From NCBI GenBank assembly GCA_002633005.1, contig NMRA01000362.1, positions 1 through 64,000 on the forward strand: a DNA stretch of 64,000 nt, read 5' to 3'. The notes beneath the pieces were generated by a model. That model was not told where the DNA came from, did no database searches, and saw nothing but the letters and a program-made list of their open reading frames with translations. This document shows positions 40,648-54,029 of this stretch, piece by piece. The translations under genes were made by a program, and so were the position numbers. This DNA is from Phoronis australis. Lineage: Eukaryota > Animalia > Phoronida. Each line of letters begins with the position of its first letter. Position 1 is the first letter of the stretch.

Positions 40648-41637
40648 CTAATCGTGGCTTACGGGAACAGAGTACTTCAATGCCTTCTTAGTCGGCATTC
40701 CGATAGGCTTGGTTTCCTTTATCGGTGCTTCAATTGTAAGCTTTGAGTCCTCGGTTACAAATGCGCTAAGAGAGTACGGGTCAACGTTACTGGGAAGATC
40801 ATACTCTTTGTTAAACTCTCTTTTCACTGTACGACCACCTCCCTTCTCCTCGTGCAAGGCCCGGATGATCAGCCTATTTCCGCTGGTGCGTACTTGGATC
40901 TCTTCCGGTTTGTAATCCTTCACTTCAAATTCCAGTTGCAGCTTACGTGTCCCATCCAAACCGGTCACAATCGGCCCACTTTGAACACCGCGTGTGCCAA
41001 CCATGGAACTTGATATTTGACTCGTGCGTGTTGTTGTTACTTCGCTTCTGCTGCCAAGATTTGAAGAAGAAATGGGTGACACTGCAAGAGTAGGCGCACT
41101 GGCGGTCGCTACAGCTGTAGAATAACCGGGCGACTTTACCGGAGCCTCAATGCACAAGATACCATCGCTTGATAAATTACAGACAAGAGAATGTGGATCG
41201 ACATTTTCCGGGATGGGAACCTTGCGACTAAATTCCCGAATTTTTGTTTGCCCCCCGTCAGCTTGCTCACTTCGAGCTTGAACGCTCAGTGAATGCTCAA
41301 ACGTAGAAACGCTTATTTCCTCGGCCTTAAACTCGCTGACGTCAAATTGCACTTTGAATTGTGGTTGACCACTTCGAGGATCCTGAACAATTAGTCGCTT
41401 GCTTCCGTCAAGCAAACTGTCTTGACTAGAACTACGAGCAAGTTTGTCATTTGGTTTCAAACGAAAGAAATCTCTGCGCATGCGTTCTACTTCTTCTTCC
41501 CATTCTCTTCTTCTGTGTTCCATCCGAGATTCCAGGTCCCCAAAGAGTGATGTCTGTCTGTCGGCGAAGGTTCGCGTATCCTTGCTTACAGGTATGTAGA
41601 TCTCAGATCTGTACACAGTTTTTGGTGAAGACGTCAT
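40648..41637 (-). CDS. Small heat-shock protein with two alpha-crystallin domains (major egg antigen p40-like), 329 aa, single coding exon
   Basis: Intact ORF with ACD1 FKVQFDVSEFKAEEISV...REFSRKVPIPENVDP..LSSDGILCIEAP and ACD2 LQLEFEVKDYKPEEIQV...REFNKEYDLPSNVDP..DSKLTIEAP, plus C-terminal VPV. A splice acceptor ctttcag lies 12 nt upstream of the ATG. Confidence 0.95.
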   Translation of the reverse strand: MTSSPKTVYRSEIYIPVSKDTRTFADRQTSLFGDLESRMEHRRREWEEEVERMRRDFFRLKPNDKLARSSSQDSLLDGSKRLIVQDPRSGQPQFKVQFDVSEFKAEEISVSTFEHSLSVQARSEQADGGQTKIREFSRKVPIPENVDPHSLVCNLSSDGILCIEAPVKSPGYSTAVATASAPTLAVSPISSSNLGSRSEVTTTRTSQISSSMVGTRGVQSGPIVTGLDGTRKLQLEFEVKDYKPEEIQVRTSGNRLIIRALHEEKGGGRTVKREFNKEYDLPSNVDPYSLSAFVTEDSKLTIEAPIKETKPIGMPTKKALKYSVPVSHD

Positions 41638-41684
41638 GCTTGTGTTAACCTGAAAGAGCAAGTTGTGTACATATAGAGCTGGCG

Positions 41685-41815
41685 TGCGTTCAGTAACTCT
41701 AGGACCTAGCTAAAATCTAGCCTAAGTCACGTGTTCTTATTTAAAATACACGGCAATATCTCACGTAATCACGCGAAGTTTTGCTTTTTAGCGAGGTTCT
41801 AGCGTTACTGAACGT
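41685..41815 (+). mobile_element. MITE family A copy 3
   Basis: gcgttcagtaactctaggacc...ggttctagcgttactgaacg. Confidence 0.8.
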
Positions 41816-44800
41816 TTGTTTGTCAAACGCGGACCAAAAACAGTAGTATTAATGGGTGCAATTGACCTATCGCCAGAATTTTGAGTGACGTCTTAAATGA
41901 CCATTAGAGCGCAGCATTATTGACACACCTTCGTTTCCAAGCCGCCATTTTATCCGACAAACAACACGTTACCGGGTAAAACCCATTGTTTGTAAGTCGA
42001 CATTGCGCTAGGTCAATTCGTAAACGTTGGGATAGTGCATAAATGTACAGGGGTAAATTCGAAGCACCTCGGGTATTTCCGTATAGCCTAACCATTCCTC
42101 TCGGAAATGAACGTCATTTGCGCATTTGAGGATTTGAGTCATATGGAAAGTCATGTGGGCGCCCTTGCTCATTGATTGATATTTCAAAAGATTTGCCCTT
42201 TTTATGAGGCATTGTTGAATCCCATCGTACTGCTGTGGAAATTTGTCGCCATTATAATGGCAGGAAAGGCGATAAAACGCTGTTAATGCCAGAGTAGGTT
42301 GAAACCTCCCGTTCGCATTACATGAGATCTTTCGGTGGCGCTAAACGATTGTCAGCAGAAGACCTGGTATTCATTTAGGGTATGACGCTGCTATTTCTAT
42401 CGAAAGTCAGCTTTTGCACGTAGTTCATGCTCCAGTGCATGTTTCGTGTCAAATAGTAAATACCGGAGCGTGTGTGCCGGCTTCTTACAGAAGGAAGCCT
42501 GTGAGCTCCGTAGTCTCCTGCAGGTAACTGTAAGGTGTCTTAAACGTTCTGCTCCTCTCAAATAAACTTTTAATATTAGCGTGTAGATTGTTCATACCTT
42601 GAACGGATCGTTCTCTGGTCTCAGAGCTGCCAATCACAAATCGAATTTATTAACAGTACAGTGCGTTAAAAGTCTTTCCGAGAATCTATGCAGAAGTTTT
42701 GGCGCACACGCCTACAGTACGTGTTGACACTATCTGGCCGGAGCCAGTGCCCCCAACGACCAGCCTCATCATAGTGACGCCAATGGAGTTTGTATCACAT
42801 TTTGTGCGTTTGTGACGAATGCGACAATTTGCCTGTTGGTCATGACCATATGTGTGTTGGTCAGACTGAATACCCGCTCATAAAGTGCGTGGAACACCAC
42901 CACAGGGCAAATGCCAGTGGTTTAATCAGTTTGGTAACACGGATCACTCGTTGCTACAGCGGACTGTGGATGTACTGACAGAGAAAGGTCTTCATTTGAA
43001 CGGTCAGGAAGACTGGGTTAAACCCAAGAATCCCTGTTTTCATAAATACAAAGGTGTGATCTGACTCGGACAAGCTCCAGCTCGCAAGTAGTATCAGAAC
43101 ACCGGTAGAGGGCGGCGGGTGTTTCGCGGGAACCTGTTTCTCGCCAATCTCTAATGGAAGGAGCTAGGCAGTTCTGCAACTTCGTGAAATATATTTTATT
43201 GTAAGTTCCAGGAGTTGTGGTTTTTAGTTTAACGCATCTACAAGAGTTTTTCACCTGAATGAACAATAACGTCTATCATCTACACTGGGCAATGCTTAGC
43301 TGTATGACTGAATTTTCTAAATACGCAGATAACGTTCATGTCTGAGAGAAATATGGATACGAAGATACTCGAAGGGTTCTGGATGAGTGCCATGGCATTG
43401 ATCGTGTATTTCCGCAAATCTTGCTGCAGCGGGAGCTACATATTCGGAAAACTTCGGGTGCTTTCGTGGCCTCATATTTAACTGATAGTGGTTTCATGTC
43501 TACCTGTGTGGGAAATTGAATCATTTCTGCAAAAGGATTTCGTCAAGACAGACGGTAAAAGATCATGGCTTTATCTTAGCAGGTCAGCATCTGTGTGGAA
43601 AACTGCCGTTAAGTTGATGCTGTTATTCGTGGAAAGAGATCAAAAGTCGCATGAATGACAGCTAGTTTGTACTAGAAAATGCTATTGGTTGATTCAGAAA
43701 CGAAAGCAAACCTCGAGGTGTTACTTTGGCTGAAGTTGAAACAAACATTGGTGTTTCCATTTCAGAGATGGTCTTTTATACTGCCATTTTGAGTACTGAA
43801 CAGTTTTCAAAAACTGCAAGAAGAGTCAGCACGTGCAGTACGTATGTGAGTAGCATTGGTTTGTGACTGGCTGTAACGTACATGTACGTGTACGTTCTCA
43901 CAACGGCATCCAAGCAATTTTGTCTGTTTCCCGGAATTATTTGAGTACCAAGTTATCTAGTGTTCAGTGAGTTTTGGTTCTGAAATTATTTTTCTTCGAA
44001 AACGCATCATTTTATGTGGATATTTGGAAACATGTAAACGCAGTGGGATAGGCTTAGATGGCCATTGCTTTCCAATCTCGTTGATCGGTTGGCAAAAGAG
44101 AATGATAATAACTTTTCCGTAATTTGAATAGCTTTTGCACGTGTTTTTACGAAGTTTGAAAAGTTGTACTTTAAGCCCAGTAAACAGCTGTAGGCTCATG
44201 CAGTGGTGAACTTGTTAACTCAGCACACAGGGGAAGAAGTCTCAGAGCCTGTTCAGCAAGATAAGTGTTACGCGCTGAAAACAAATGGCACGTGCCATTT
44301 TATCTCACTGTAATAGCTGCTCTATTAAAAGAAATCGTAAAAATGGAGTATGATCGTCTTCAAATGCCCTACCCCAGAAACGGTTAATCAACTGTCGGAT
44401 ATTATAGTATTCGTAATAAGTCTCGTCATTACAGCTCTAACTACCCCATTCACAGGCATGTGAATTCTGCAGGAATTTTTATGGGAAAAGACACCGTGTC
44501 TTCACTGTGGGAACCAGTAAGAAAGTGGTTCCTAGCTTTACTAGAACATTAACGCTATCCTGTATACTGAGCACCGAGATATACGCACTGAGTGACTGGA
44601 ATGATCACCAAGTCTATTAACACATGAATTGTTTATTGCGAACATTCCAAAATAATCGCAGAAAATTTTGTTCCAAAATCAGTTCCACGTTTCTGTCATC
44701 CATTATTTCCTCCCCAAGGCCTGAAGCGTCTCCACTACTGCGGCTATCATACATGTAACTACCATGAACTTTTAAAGCTTAAGCGCATGACTGTGTTGGC

Positions 44801-45699
44801 TTCCGGTGCAACGGGTTGCAGACACAGAAGATGGAAAATAGCGACTAACTTAATTTTAGCCCAGTGCCACATTCCCCGACTGATGACATTTCCTCGTGTT
44901 GTATACTGCGCAATCACCATTTCATTTCGGATTAGCATAACTTGCTTGTAAACTAACTAAATTAAACACTATTATCCCCCACTTGAGAATTCTTGAAATA
45001 TACACGTACATACAGGTGGTGTAAACTATTTCATGTCAGTGCCTCTTCTGAATGCCAGTAATCCCCTAAACCCCAGTCCCAGACCAACACACAATGCATC
45101 ATTTTTGTAGTAAGAAACATCTGTGGATTTTTTTGCGTCTGGCTAGCACCTGAGCATGCGTTAAACTAACTGTGCTGCAGCATAGGGCCCAAGATACAGC
45201 ATAAGGCCCCTTACGCAACACGGCCGGGGTCTGCCTAGCTGACACAGGGCCTAACAACAATAGAGGGGAAAGGGGGTCCTTTCCCTGTTCCCATTTTTAC
45301 TTTTCGAAATAAATTTCGCCAAGTCGTGCTGGGGTGCCATTTTAAACGGGAAGAGAAAATGACGTGAATTCTTGCTTGCAGATTGTCTGAGTAATAGTCT
45401 TTCAAATGAAATGTAACATTTTTTCCTCAGACTTACCATTTTCGGGTTATATTTGACCTTGAATTTCAAAAGAAACCCAAAATTTCAGTTCTTTCAAAAA
45501 ATTACAGAATTTTGCACAACTAACCTCTTAGATAGAACGGGATTTCAAAAGATATTTTTCATTTTTCGCTAGCACGTCTACTTTTTGAATTATAATGGGA
45601 TTTTCTGATAGCGCTGTTCCCTTGTTGAGCGCTCTTGCTGCATTGGATTAGCTTCTATTGAACAAGACTGTAGCATATTTCTTACTGATTTAAGACATT

Positions 45700-45975
45700 T
45701 AAGTTCGTCATATGAATGTAATGACGTTGTTCATCATCACCACCATCATCATCATATTCGTCATCTTCATCATCATCTCCGTCGTCGTCTTTTCAGTTAA
45801 TTGCGGCAAGTGTCACTCAACATTGTATCCTATTTCCTACTAATTTCTAAACTCTACATTCGTCATATGAATGTTATCATTGCTTGTATTGTTCATCATC
45901 GCCACCATCGTCGTCATATATCCGTCATCTTCGCCATCATGTCTGTCGTCGTCTTTTCTGTTCATTTGGCCAAGT
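45700..45975. repeat. Two-copy ~155-bp tandem duplication rich in (CAT)/(CGT) triplets
   Basis: cgtcatatgaatgt...ttgttcatcatc.ccaccatc...gtcgtcgtctttt occurs twice. Confidence 0.8.
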
Positions 45976-47039
45976 TTCTCTCCTCGGAGCGCTTTCATTT
46001 GCTCTTTTCCTTTTCGCTGCCAAATTTAAATCGATCTCACTCCCACTAAGTCTCCATCCCCGAAAGGGCCCGATCACGGTTCCCGAACCACCCCCTCCCC
46101 CCCGAATGCCTTGTTTAGAAAACTAGACAGTGACTGCTTCTGATCCTTGGCAGTGCCCATTATCTATGCAGAAGTTTGCGTATGGACAAAAAACGCATCA
46201 TAGGCACTGGACGTTGCTTTTAAATCTTAGCTATGAATATCAATGAATCACGCAGATTAACGATTTTCCTTCCGAATGCTTTAACTGAGCATCATGTACC
46301 GTCTCAACAATGTTAGTGATTAACAGATTATGCTGTTGGGCACGGTGGTGGAAACAGACGTTACATAATGTATTTAGCCAACATCCTAGTGCTCCCATGT
46401 GTGCATTACAGGCTTAATGGTTCCTACAAACAACCAATGTCAAAGCTTGAAATACGCTCATGTGCAAAACTGTAGGGTCTGCAAACGGCTTATGTAGAAC
46501 GGTAAGCTCCAACTCAATTTGCGTGGCTATGAAGTCGCGTAAAACACCAAGTCTTTGATAAATATTAGTCAATCCAAGCACGCCGTATATCAAGCTTTTG
46601 CTCGCAAATAGGCAGTAAACTCGTGTTGCTGAAGGAGCATGCGACACCTTGTTAAAGCGGTGTGAAGCACCTCCTTCACCCAAAAGTTTTGATTTAGGCA
46701 CCTTGCTCACGTAAAATTGATGTATCTTGTTCCTTATAACTTGCCCAATTTAGATGACATCTCCAGTGGGCTCGGAAGGAATTGACAAGTTACCTGACAC
46801 TTTATGAGCTGAGTCGTCTGAAGAAATAACAATCGGTCAATATTCCTCTCGGGATCCCAAACATCACTTGTAAACTGAGCAAGGAACAATATATGGTCAA
46901 ATTTATTACGGTAAGAGGCCTAAATTAAAACTTGGTTTTAACTCAACAAACAGGGGTTTATTGTCGGTTTAAGGTTATGCGCAGTAGGACCATAGGAACA
47001 TTTTAAATCTGGTTACCTCGGAAGCCATATCTAAAAAAA

Positions 47040-47445
47040 GCTAATCCGATTCGCACGTGTGTGAAATTTTCAGGTCGCATGCCTGATGCACTGTTGTGGG
47101 GTTAATCCTAAAATATTTCGCGTTTGTACGAGCGGATATCAAAACAAAGTAGTTTTACGTTTTTTTTATGAAAAATTGCTTAAAACATGCGCGCACACAG
47201 CCTCTAATATGGGGGACTCGAATTTCTGACGACTTGGACTTTCTACTAACAAAAAGCGGTTGGACGACAAAAAAATTTAAAAAACAAAAATAATAAAAAA
47301 AATAAAAACGGGGTATCACGTTCAGGGAATTGAATCACGTGTTGCGCCTTTTTAGTATACTTTTTTTCGTTTTGTCGGACTTTTTGTTTCTCTGGTGTCC
47401 AGTTCGCCAAATGGGGCTCACTCGAGGCCCTGTGGGTTCGCGCAT
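47040..47445 (+). repeat. Interspersed repeat, paralog of ~55985-56300
   Basis: catgcgcgcac.cagcct..aatat..ggg.ctcgaattt and c.a.ttcgccaaat.gggg..ggctca.tcgag are shared between the two sites. Confidence 0.65.
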
Positions 47446-49049
47446 GTAAAACGAAAATGAAATGGAGTATATTTTTTGGAGATTTTTAGATCAGTATTCT
47501 GAAAGTTTTTCATCGACATTTGGCCGTGTTATTGACAACGTTGTTTTGCTTTGGTTGTACCTTTCCTTTTTGCTACATTCTTCCAAAATCATTGTCACGT
47601 GACCCAATTAATGGCAGGTTTGTATGAAGTCAAAAATCAAATTCTGCTACTTTTTTCGTTCAGATAATGTATACTTTTACGGAGTTAAATTCAAAAGTTT
47701 TCTAGGTGACATCTACCCAAATACATAGGTTTTTGATAAGGCTCCACGTGATCTAAGTCTTCCGAAGATGATATCGCTCGTGGTGGTTGTTTTTTCCCAC
47801 CGGGGTCTCCAAGACATATAATTATAATGCACGTACAGTTAGTCTTGAAAACGGCATACGACAGCGAGAATGTCGTTAAGCTGGGAAACTACGTGCAAAT
47901 AAAAGTTGCAAGTGAAGCTGGTCGCCTAGAAATCGGTAAAATAGCTTCACCATTCTCCCTTGCTTATCCATGATTAAGATAATGACAACCACTCACTAAT
48001 TGTACGTCCAAGATACGAAATCCATGAGACGAGTTCACACCCATATATACATGTACACAGTACAAATGTTTTATAAAACACAATGGCATACCTTGCAAAA
48101 TTTTTCCTACTTGTACTTCGTATGTTTGATTTCAGCAACAGTGGCGATGTAGACGATGTTTTCTAGAGGATTAATCACATTCTGTCTGGAACAGCTATTG
48201 ATTTTTTTTCTAGTGGGATGAGAATGCCATCAGAGTTCAAAGCTATCGTTGTGTTCAAGTTTTTGCACACTCAACATTAATGTTGATTAGGTCGTCTGAC
48301 GTTTAACCACCGTAATATTTTGGATATTCCTGAAGTACATACTGCATTGAGGCAATGTCAGCGTCGGTCAAGTTTCATAATAACTCTGCTGCAGACTTGC
48401 ACATCCCTTGGAACCAGATCAGATCAGATATCACGGTTCAGGTCATTCATAATTAGGTGACACACTTCTGACTTCCGTGATTTTGTGTGCATTTGCAAGA
48501 CTCTTGCTGTTCTGGCGTGGGTTTACCGAGCCGCTTATCCACGAGCATCTCTTCAATCGCTGAATGGGAAGTTTTGAACACCTACATGTACATGTAGCTT
48601 AAGTAATTGCAAATGCGATGTAAACAAGGGCTCCAGAAGAGAATTAACCAGGGCTTTGACACTTTGATGTCTGCTCGTACAGAAAACGTTCGTAATCACA
48701 TTTGGGTGCCCTAGAAATACCTTCAGTCCGCTTGACCGCCAAAAGGAAGAACCGCATTATGATAACAGCCCTTGACTTCCAGAGCACAAAGTCGCTACTT
48801 CGTGTCAGTATAAAGGAATTCAAATTCATCTCACCTGTCGGCTATCAACTGTTTCCGTGGCAGCATCTTAAATTAGTGCTCATTTCAATTTATTAACTCA
48901 TCAATAACTAGCTTAGTTCTATTTACCATAATAATTAGTAATAATCTTATTACTATTATTACTACAGGTATTACTATTTTCATTGTCTTACCTGTGTTCA
49001 TATTCTACATGTACATATTGAGTTCTTAAAACGTGATGTCATTACCATT

Positions 49050-49110
49050 GCCTTTGCCATTATCATTATCACTATTATTATTATTGTTATTATCATTATC
49101 ATTTATCAAT

Positions 49111-49163
<53 letters not shown>

Positions 49164-49230
49164 TATTATTATTATCATCACCATTTTTAGTATTATATTT
49201 TATCATTATCATTATTATTATCATTTTATT
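49050..49230. repeat. (ATC)n/(ATT)n microsatellite
   Basis: Read directly; it generates the spurious poly-Ile ORF. Confidence 0.95.
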
Positions 49231-52200
49231 GAAATGTCATAGCCAAGACAACCTAAACCTTGCGTTTCTTCTTTTTAATTTTGCTCTCGTTATAATGTTA
49301 CCGTAAAGGTGTTTTAATAACTAAATGTAATATATTTGAATTAAAAAGTCGAATTTTCAATGATTGGCATCGTGAGTGTGAGATGTTTCAATTTAAATGC
49401 AATTTTGGACAATACATTCACTCGATCGATCAAACAGTTTACACTCGCTGACTACATGACACATGTAGAATATGACATTTCAACACAACGAATATGTAAT
49501 GAGCTATACACCCAAACGAGACCACACACAGGAAACTAATTTGCTTCTATTACCTGAGCAATCCTGTTTTCACCGACGACAAAGGGAAATCGCGTACAAT
49601 TCACGTCTCCCAGGTAAAATCAGACTATCCTTACCGAAGTGAACGCCTTGTCAGTACAAGCGATCCGCCTCTTTAGTCGTAACAGTTTCGTTTATCGAAG
49701 TGCCACACAAATCTGGTTTACATTAGCGAATTCGTTGCCTGGGTAACACCAGGTGCCAATGCGCCTATGTAACTTAAACATTCTTTCTAGGCAAAACACT
49801 CTTGGTGAATTTGCTGTTGCTTTAAACGGAAGCTATTTATGTTGAAAACTAAAGCTTTGATAAACTGATGTTGTTTGGGAAACACTACCCAACATTTACA
49901 AAGAATCAAATACCAATTTCACCGCAAAACACAAGTTCAAAAACATTGGACTCAGAAGCACGTGGTCATTTCGTGGCGTTTACCATTTACTGGGCACTTT
50001 TCAAGAATAAAACCAAAGGTATTATGGTGTAACTATAATATCTTTGGATGAAGGTAGTGTGGTCACACTGTTTTGCTTGTGATGCATGTTTTTTCAAAAG
50101 TGTTATGTCGTTACAGAACGCAGCCTTGTCTTAAGCCTTGGCTGAACTTTACATAGTGCACAACATCGGGACTAAACGAGGATTCGGATAAAATTTACTC
50201 TGTAGACCGCCACCAGTCCAGCTTTAGTTTTGTGAGTGTTCTAGAAAGGCCGTTGATTGCTTTTTCTCATTGGTGTAGTCGCGATGGCAAAGATGACGTC
50301 AACTTCACGTGTTGTCTGTCTTGCCTTCCTTTGATGAAGTTATGTGTTACTGTTTTGCAAAATAATTCCCACTGGGCAGTTCAAACTCCACGGTAGCATA
50401 CTTGTCGGTAACATTTCAAAAACCGAAGAGCGCGGTTGCAATCGCACGCCACTGAGGCATTGCACTGTCACACGCCGTCCAGTTTATCGTTTGCGAAACT
50501 ACGCGTAAAGATAATTGAGACACGGCATAGAGTATAGAACGAAGACACACAGTTATGTGTATTATCAATCCATGAAACTTTGATCTTGCACACAGTGGCA
50601 ATGACGTGAAACTAAATGATGTATATTGTTGGATGCAACATCCTTATTCACTAGTGACATCTGTCGAGTTTGCATCGCATTTTATTTCCGCTATGTACAT
50701 GTACGTCTACACTTTTGCGAGAGCTTGAAATTTGCAATAATACTGCACTTCCTGTGCTATTTCTAATATAACAAACGACGCCAAGAATTCTACTAAATGA
50801 ACACAGTGAACGTCGTTTCAATATCTAAATGCTTTCTTTCTTACTCCATAGATAGTCCTACCAGCTAGCTAGTATTATCCGTACATTCACGGCCAAGTCA
50901 CAGTTCGAGTCCTTGAAGATCCCTCAAACATAAAGAAATTGGAGTGGACAGAATTTGACGAAAACTTTTTTCCACAAAAAGTATCCGGCCTCGGCTCTTA
51001 TCTACTCGGATACGAAAGTCCCGCCATTCCCAGGGCCCATTTTTTCACTAATCCACTACCCTTCAAACAAGTGGAAATTGTCAAAAATTTGGTTAGCAAT
51101 GACACATTTTAAGCTGCGCTTCTGGAATCTAGAGTGCAAGAACATTCATGTTGTCTCCTATTTTGCACCGCATTATTCTGGTTGTAGATACAAAAAGGTC
51201 AAAATTGCAATATTTTAGTCAGTTTTGACATATCATTTTTCCGATGGACGTAGCAAAGCAGAAAACACGTGTTTGTTGAATTTCTTTATCTTTCAAAAAA
51301 CACCATAGCGTGTTCATAATGTCAGTAATTATGCCTTTTTCCAGGTGTCTTGAGACAGGGTGCAAAGGCTTTCATTGATCCAGACGATGATAACGTCAAA
51401 ATCAGCCACTCCAGCCTGCTACACTTACCGCAAGCTATGGTTAGAGTTCGAATTAAAATAGCAACTCCTATATGAATTTCACGAGAACACATCGGATTTA
51501 AGATTGATGATCCAGCGAGGCGTGAAAATGAGAAACTAAAGTCAAGTCCAGCCATGTGCGGCTGGCATTGTTGCATGTTTTTATGTAATATATGATCATA
51601 ACCGGATTGAGATTTTGAATACATATATTAGGAAAGAATGAAGACGTCAAAAACGCTTTTATTAACAATCGGCCTTATTTCATTTGAGATACTGTGAACG
51701 TTGAAGATTAAATCTCAAAAATCCTGTTTCAACAGTTCACGTTATCATTTCGTTTTTGTAATATGCAACGTTTCATTTTTTCATAAAATAGTAGAAGACT
51801 CCCCGCGCTTAGTAAGTGGGTCACTTTCTTAGAACAATTCCCAACACCGCACCCAGCATTGCATAGAACGATTACGAAGTTTCCTGAATCCGATCAACCA
51901 TTTCTGAGATATATGTACATGTATGATGTTCCGAAGTTAGCTGAAACTTGAACTTTTGTCTATGGTTATACATTCCTTCCTGTAAGGTAATGTGGTTTAA
52001 TCTATGCGTACAATAGGTTTTTCTACGCGTGGACATGGCGTTTCAGTGTAGTTTGGATTAATATTCGTTTCGGCGGCACTGGATATGTGAGCGACTCATC
52101 AAGTGCAATGTACATTTATACAGCAAAGAAATAACAAACAGGTCAACAATGACAGTTTAAAAATTTGGTCGACAGAAATATTGTTTAGATGATTGGCAAC

Positions 52201-52540
52201 AACAGGAATTCATCGTAATACGCAGAGTCAAAGGGAACTATAGTAAAACGTGTTGCCGACCACGACATGGTCCGTGACAACGCTTACAACATGGTTTAAG
52301 AGTGTTCCGCGAAGTTCGACAACTTACTAAAAAGCAACCGTACTTACCAAAGTCACTAATTTTATCGAAAGCTTCTAGCAAGAACCTGCAAAATTTAACT
52401 TGACATTCCAGTCATCGGCAAAACAGTCGAAATATTTTGAGCAGTCTCAACTTCTGTTTTAAATATCACTAACACGGCTTTGTCAGTCAATCCGCCCACG
52501 GAGAAGTTTCACTTGCTTGAGCTCATCGCTTCACGCTCAC

Positions 52541-52885
52541 CTAAGTACCGTTGGCAAGACGACCTTGTGTACGACCTTCATTAGTCTTCTGGAAAGTTTA
52601 ACTCCCAGTTATTATTGAAGACCTAGACGTTCGCTTTATATAGCTATCGTAAGCAGATACCCCAAGTCAAACAAATGGTCTTCCAAGATCGTACCCGTTC
52701 TGATACCGCTTGGTGGAATGCGTCATTAGTGTATCGGTATTGTGAAATCTCTGCTGCGGATTGCGAACGTCTTCATGTACGTCATAGCGAGTCTGGGAGG
52801 GTGTTAACATCCAATGGGCATAGATTTTCGTTGTTACTGTCTACGTTTAAAACAAAAACAAAATAATACTTTGTGTTTCCAGAAC
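52541..52885 (-). promoter_or_regulatory. Candidate promoter and non-coding first exon of the 40.6-kb sHSP gene
   Basis: Minus-strand TATATAAA (52642-52635), donor TTAG|gtgag at 52541/52540, and HSE-like TTCcaGAA (~52877) and TTCtgGAA (~52587). The link to the gene is inferred. Confidence 0.45.
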
Positions 52886-54029
52886 TCTCATCGTCTAGAC
52901 GCCCTCTCAGAAATAATACCTTTCCTGCATTGTTCTGACACCAAGACTTACTTTATCAGCACACAGTCTGTACTCAACTAGGCATGCGGTATCTTATACT
53001 ATCTGAACTAAACTCTTGATTACACGCACATTTCTTGTCAACGTAAATGCCATTAACAAAGTAATTATATTACCTGAACTTCCACAAATTTTAAGTAGTG
53101 CCCTGTTCAAAAATCCCTGTTGTGAGCCAGAATTCAAATGAAACAAATGTAAATTTTTTTTTTCGTTCATTTGAAACAGGATTTAGTTTCAAAACCAGTC
53201 ATGAGCTGTTTGCCTTGTCTAGTGGTATAGAGATAACTGATGAACGCCTGTTGTGATGGTGAAATGAATTATGGCTGCCGAACTACTATAGGCGCGTTGT
53301 GGGAATTTATTCTCCAGGTAAAATGTAATCGTTCATCTGCCGTTCATGTAGCATCGGCTGCCATTTTGAAATGCTCACGTGAGGTCATTTGTGATGAGAA
53401 TATCTGAGGAAGAATGTCATTACCCAATCCAGTTCGGTCAGAGTTCAATCTGAAAACGTTTCATTATATAAAAGTGGTCCATTCTGGGAAAGCGTGTACG
53501 ATTTTTCCTTGGGAAGTTGGCTTTTTAAGCTCGTGTTTATTGCTACATAAAATATAATGACAATAAATTAAAATACAAAGATTTAGCCCAGAAACCGAAA
53601 TATTACATTAATGCTTTTAACTATAAAACAACAATTTACTTACGTGTAAGTGAAACATAATATTGAGCAAAAACAAAAAATAGAGAAAATAACAAGAACA
53701 AAATCAATCAGTAAATGCAATTCCCTATTGCGAAATTTAAAAATAAAATCACTAACGTAATAGAGCATTACACTCGTGATTGTGACAACCGTATACTGGA
53801 AAACTAGTTTTTCTTGTCTCTATGCTAAGATTTTGAAAAATGTAACCAGATATTATGTTTGCTGGATTAAAGGTTGCGAAAGAGCTGTTCACGCTTAGCA
53901 TTATACAAGCGGAGGAAGACAGCAGGCCAAGAGTGAGCATCATTACTTATTGCACCGCAGGTACACTTATTTAAAAAATGCAACGTTATGATAGAACTTC
54001 TGTGAATAGCTCGCTTGCGAGTTTTTCGT

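Noticed and set aside
40709-41648. Antisense ORFs overlapping the sHSP gene (likewise 60602-60970)
   Set aside because: They are shadow frames of real coding sequence.
49033-49242. Hydrophobic poly-Ile ORF resembling a membrane peptide
   Set aside because: It is simply the translation of an (ATC)n microsatellite.
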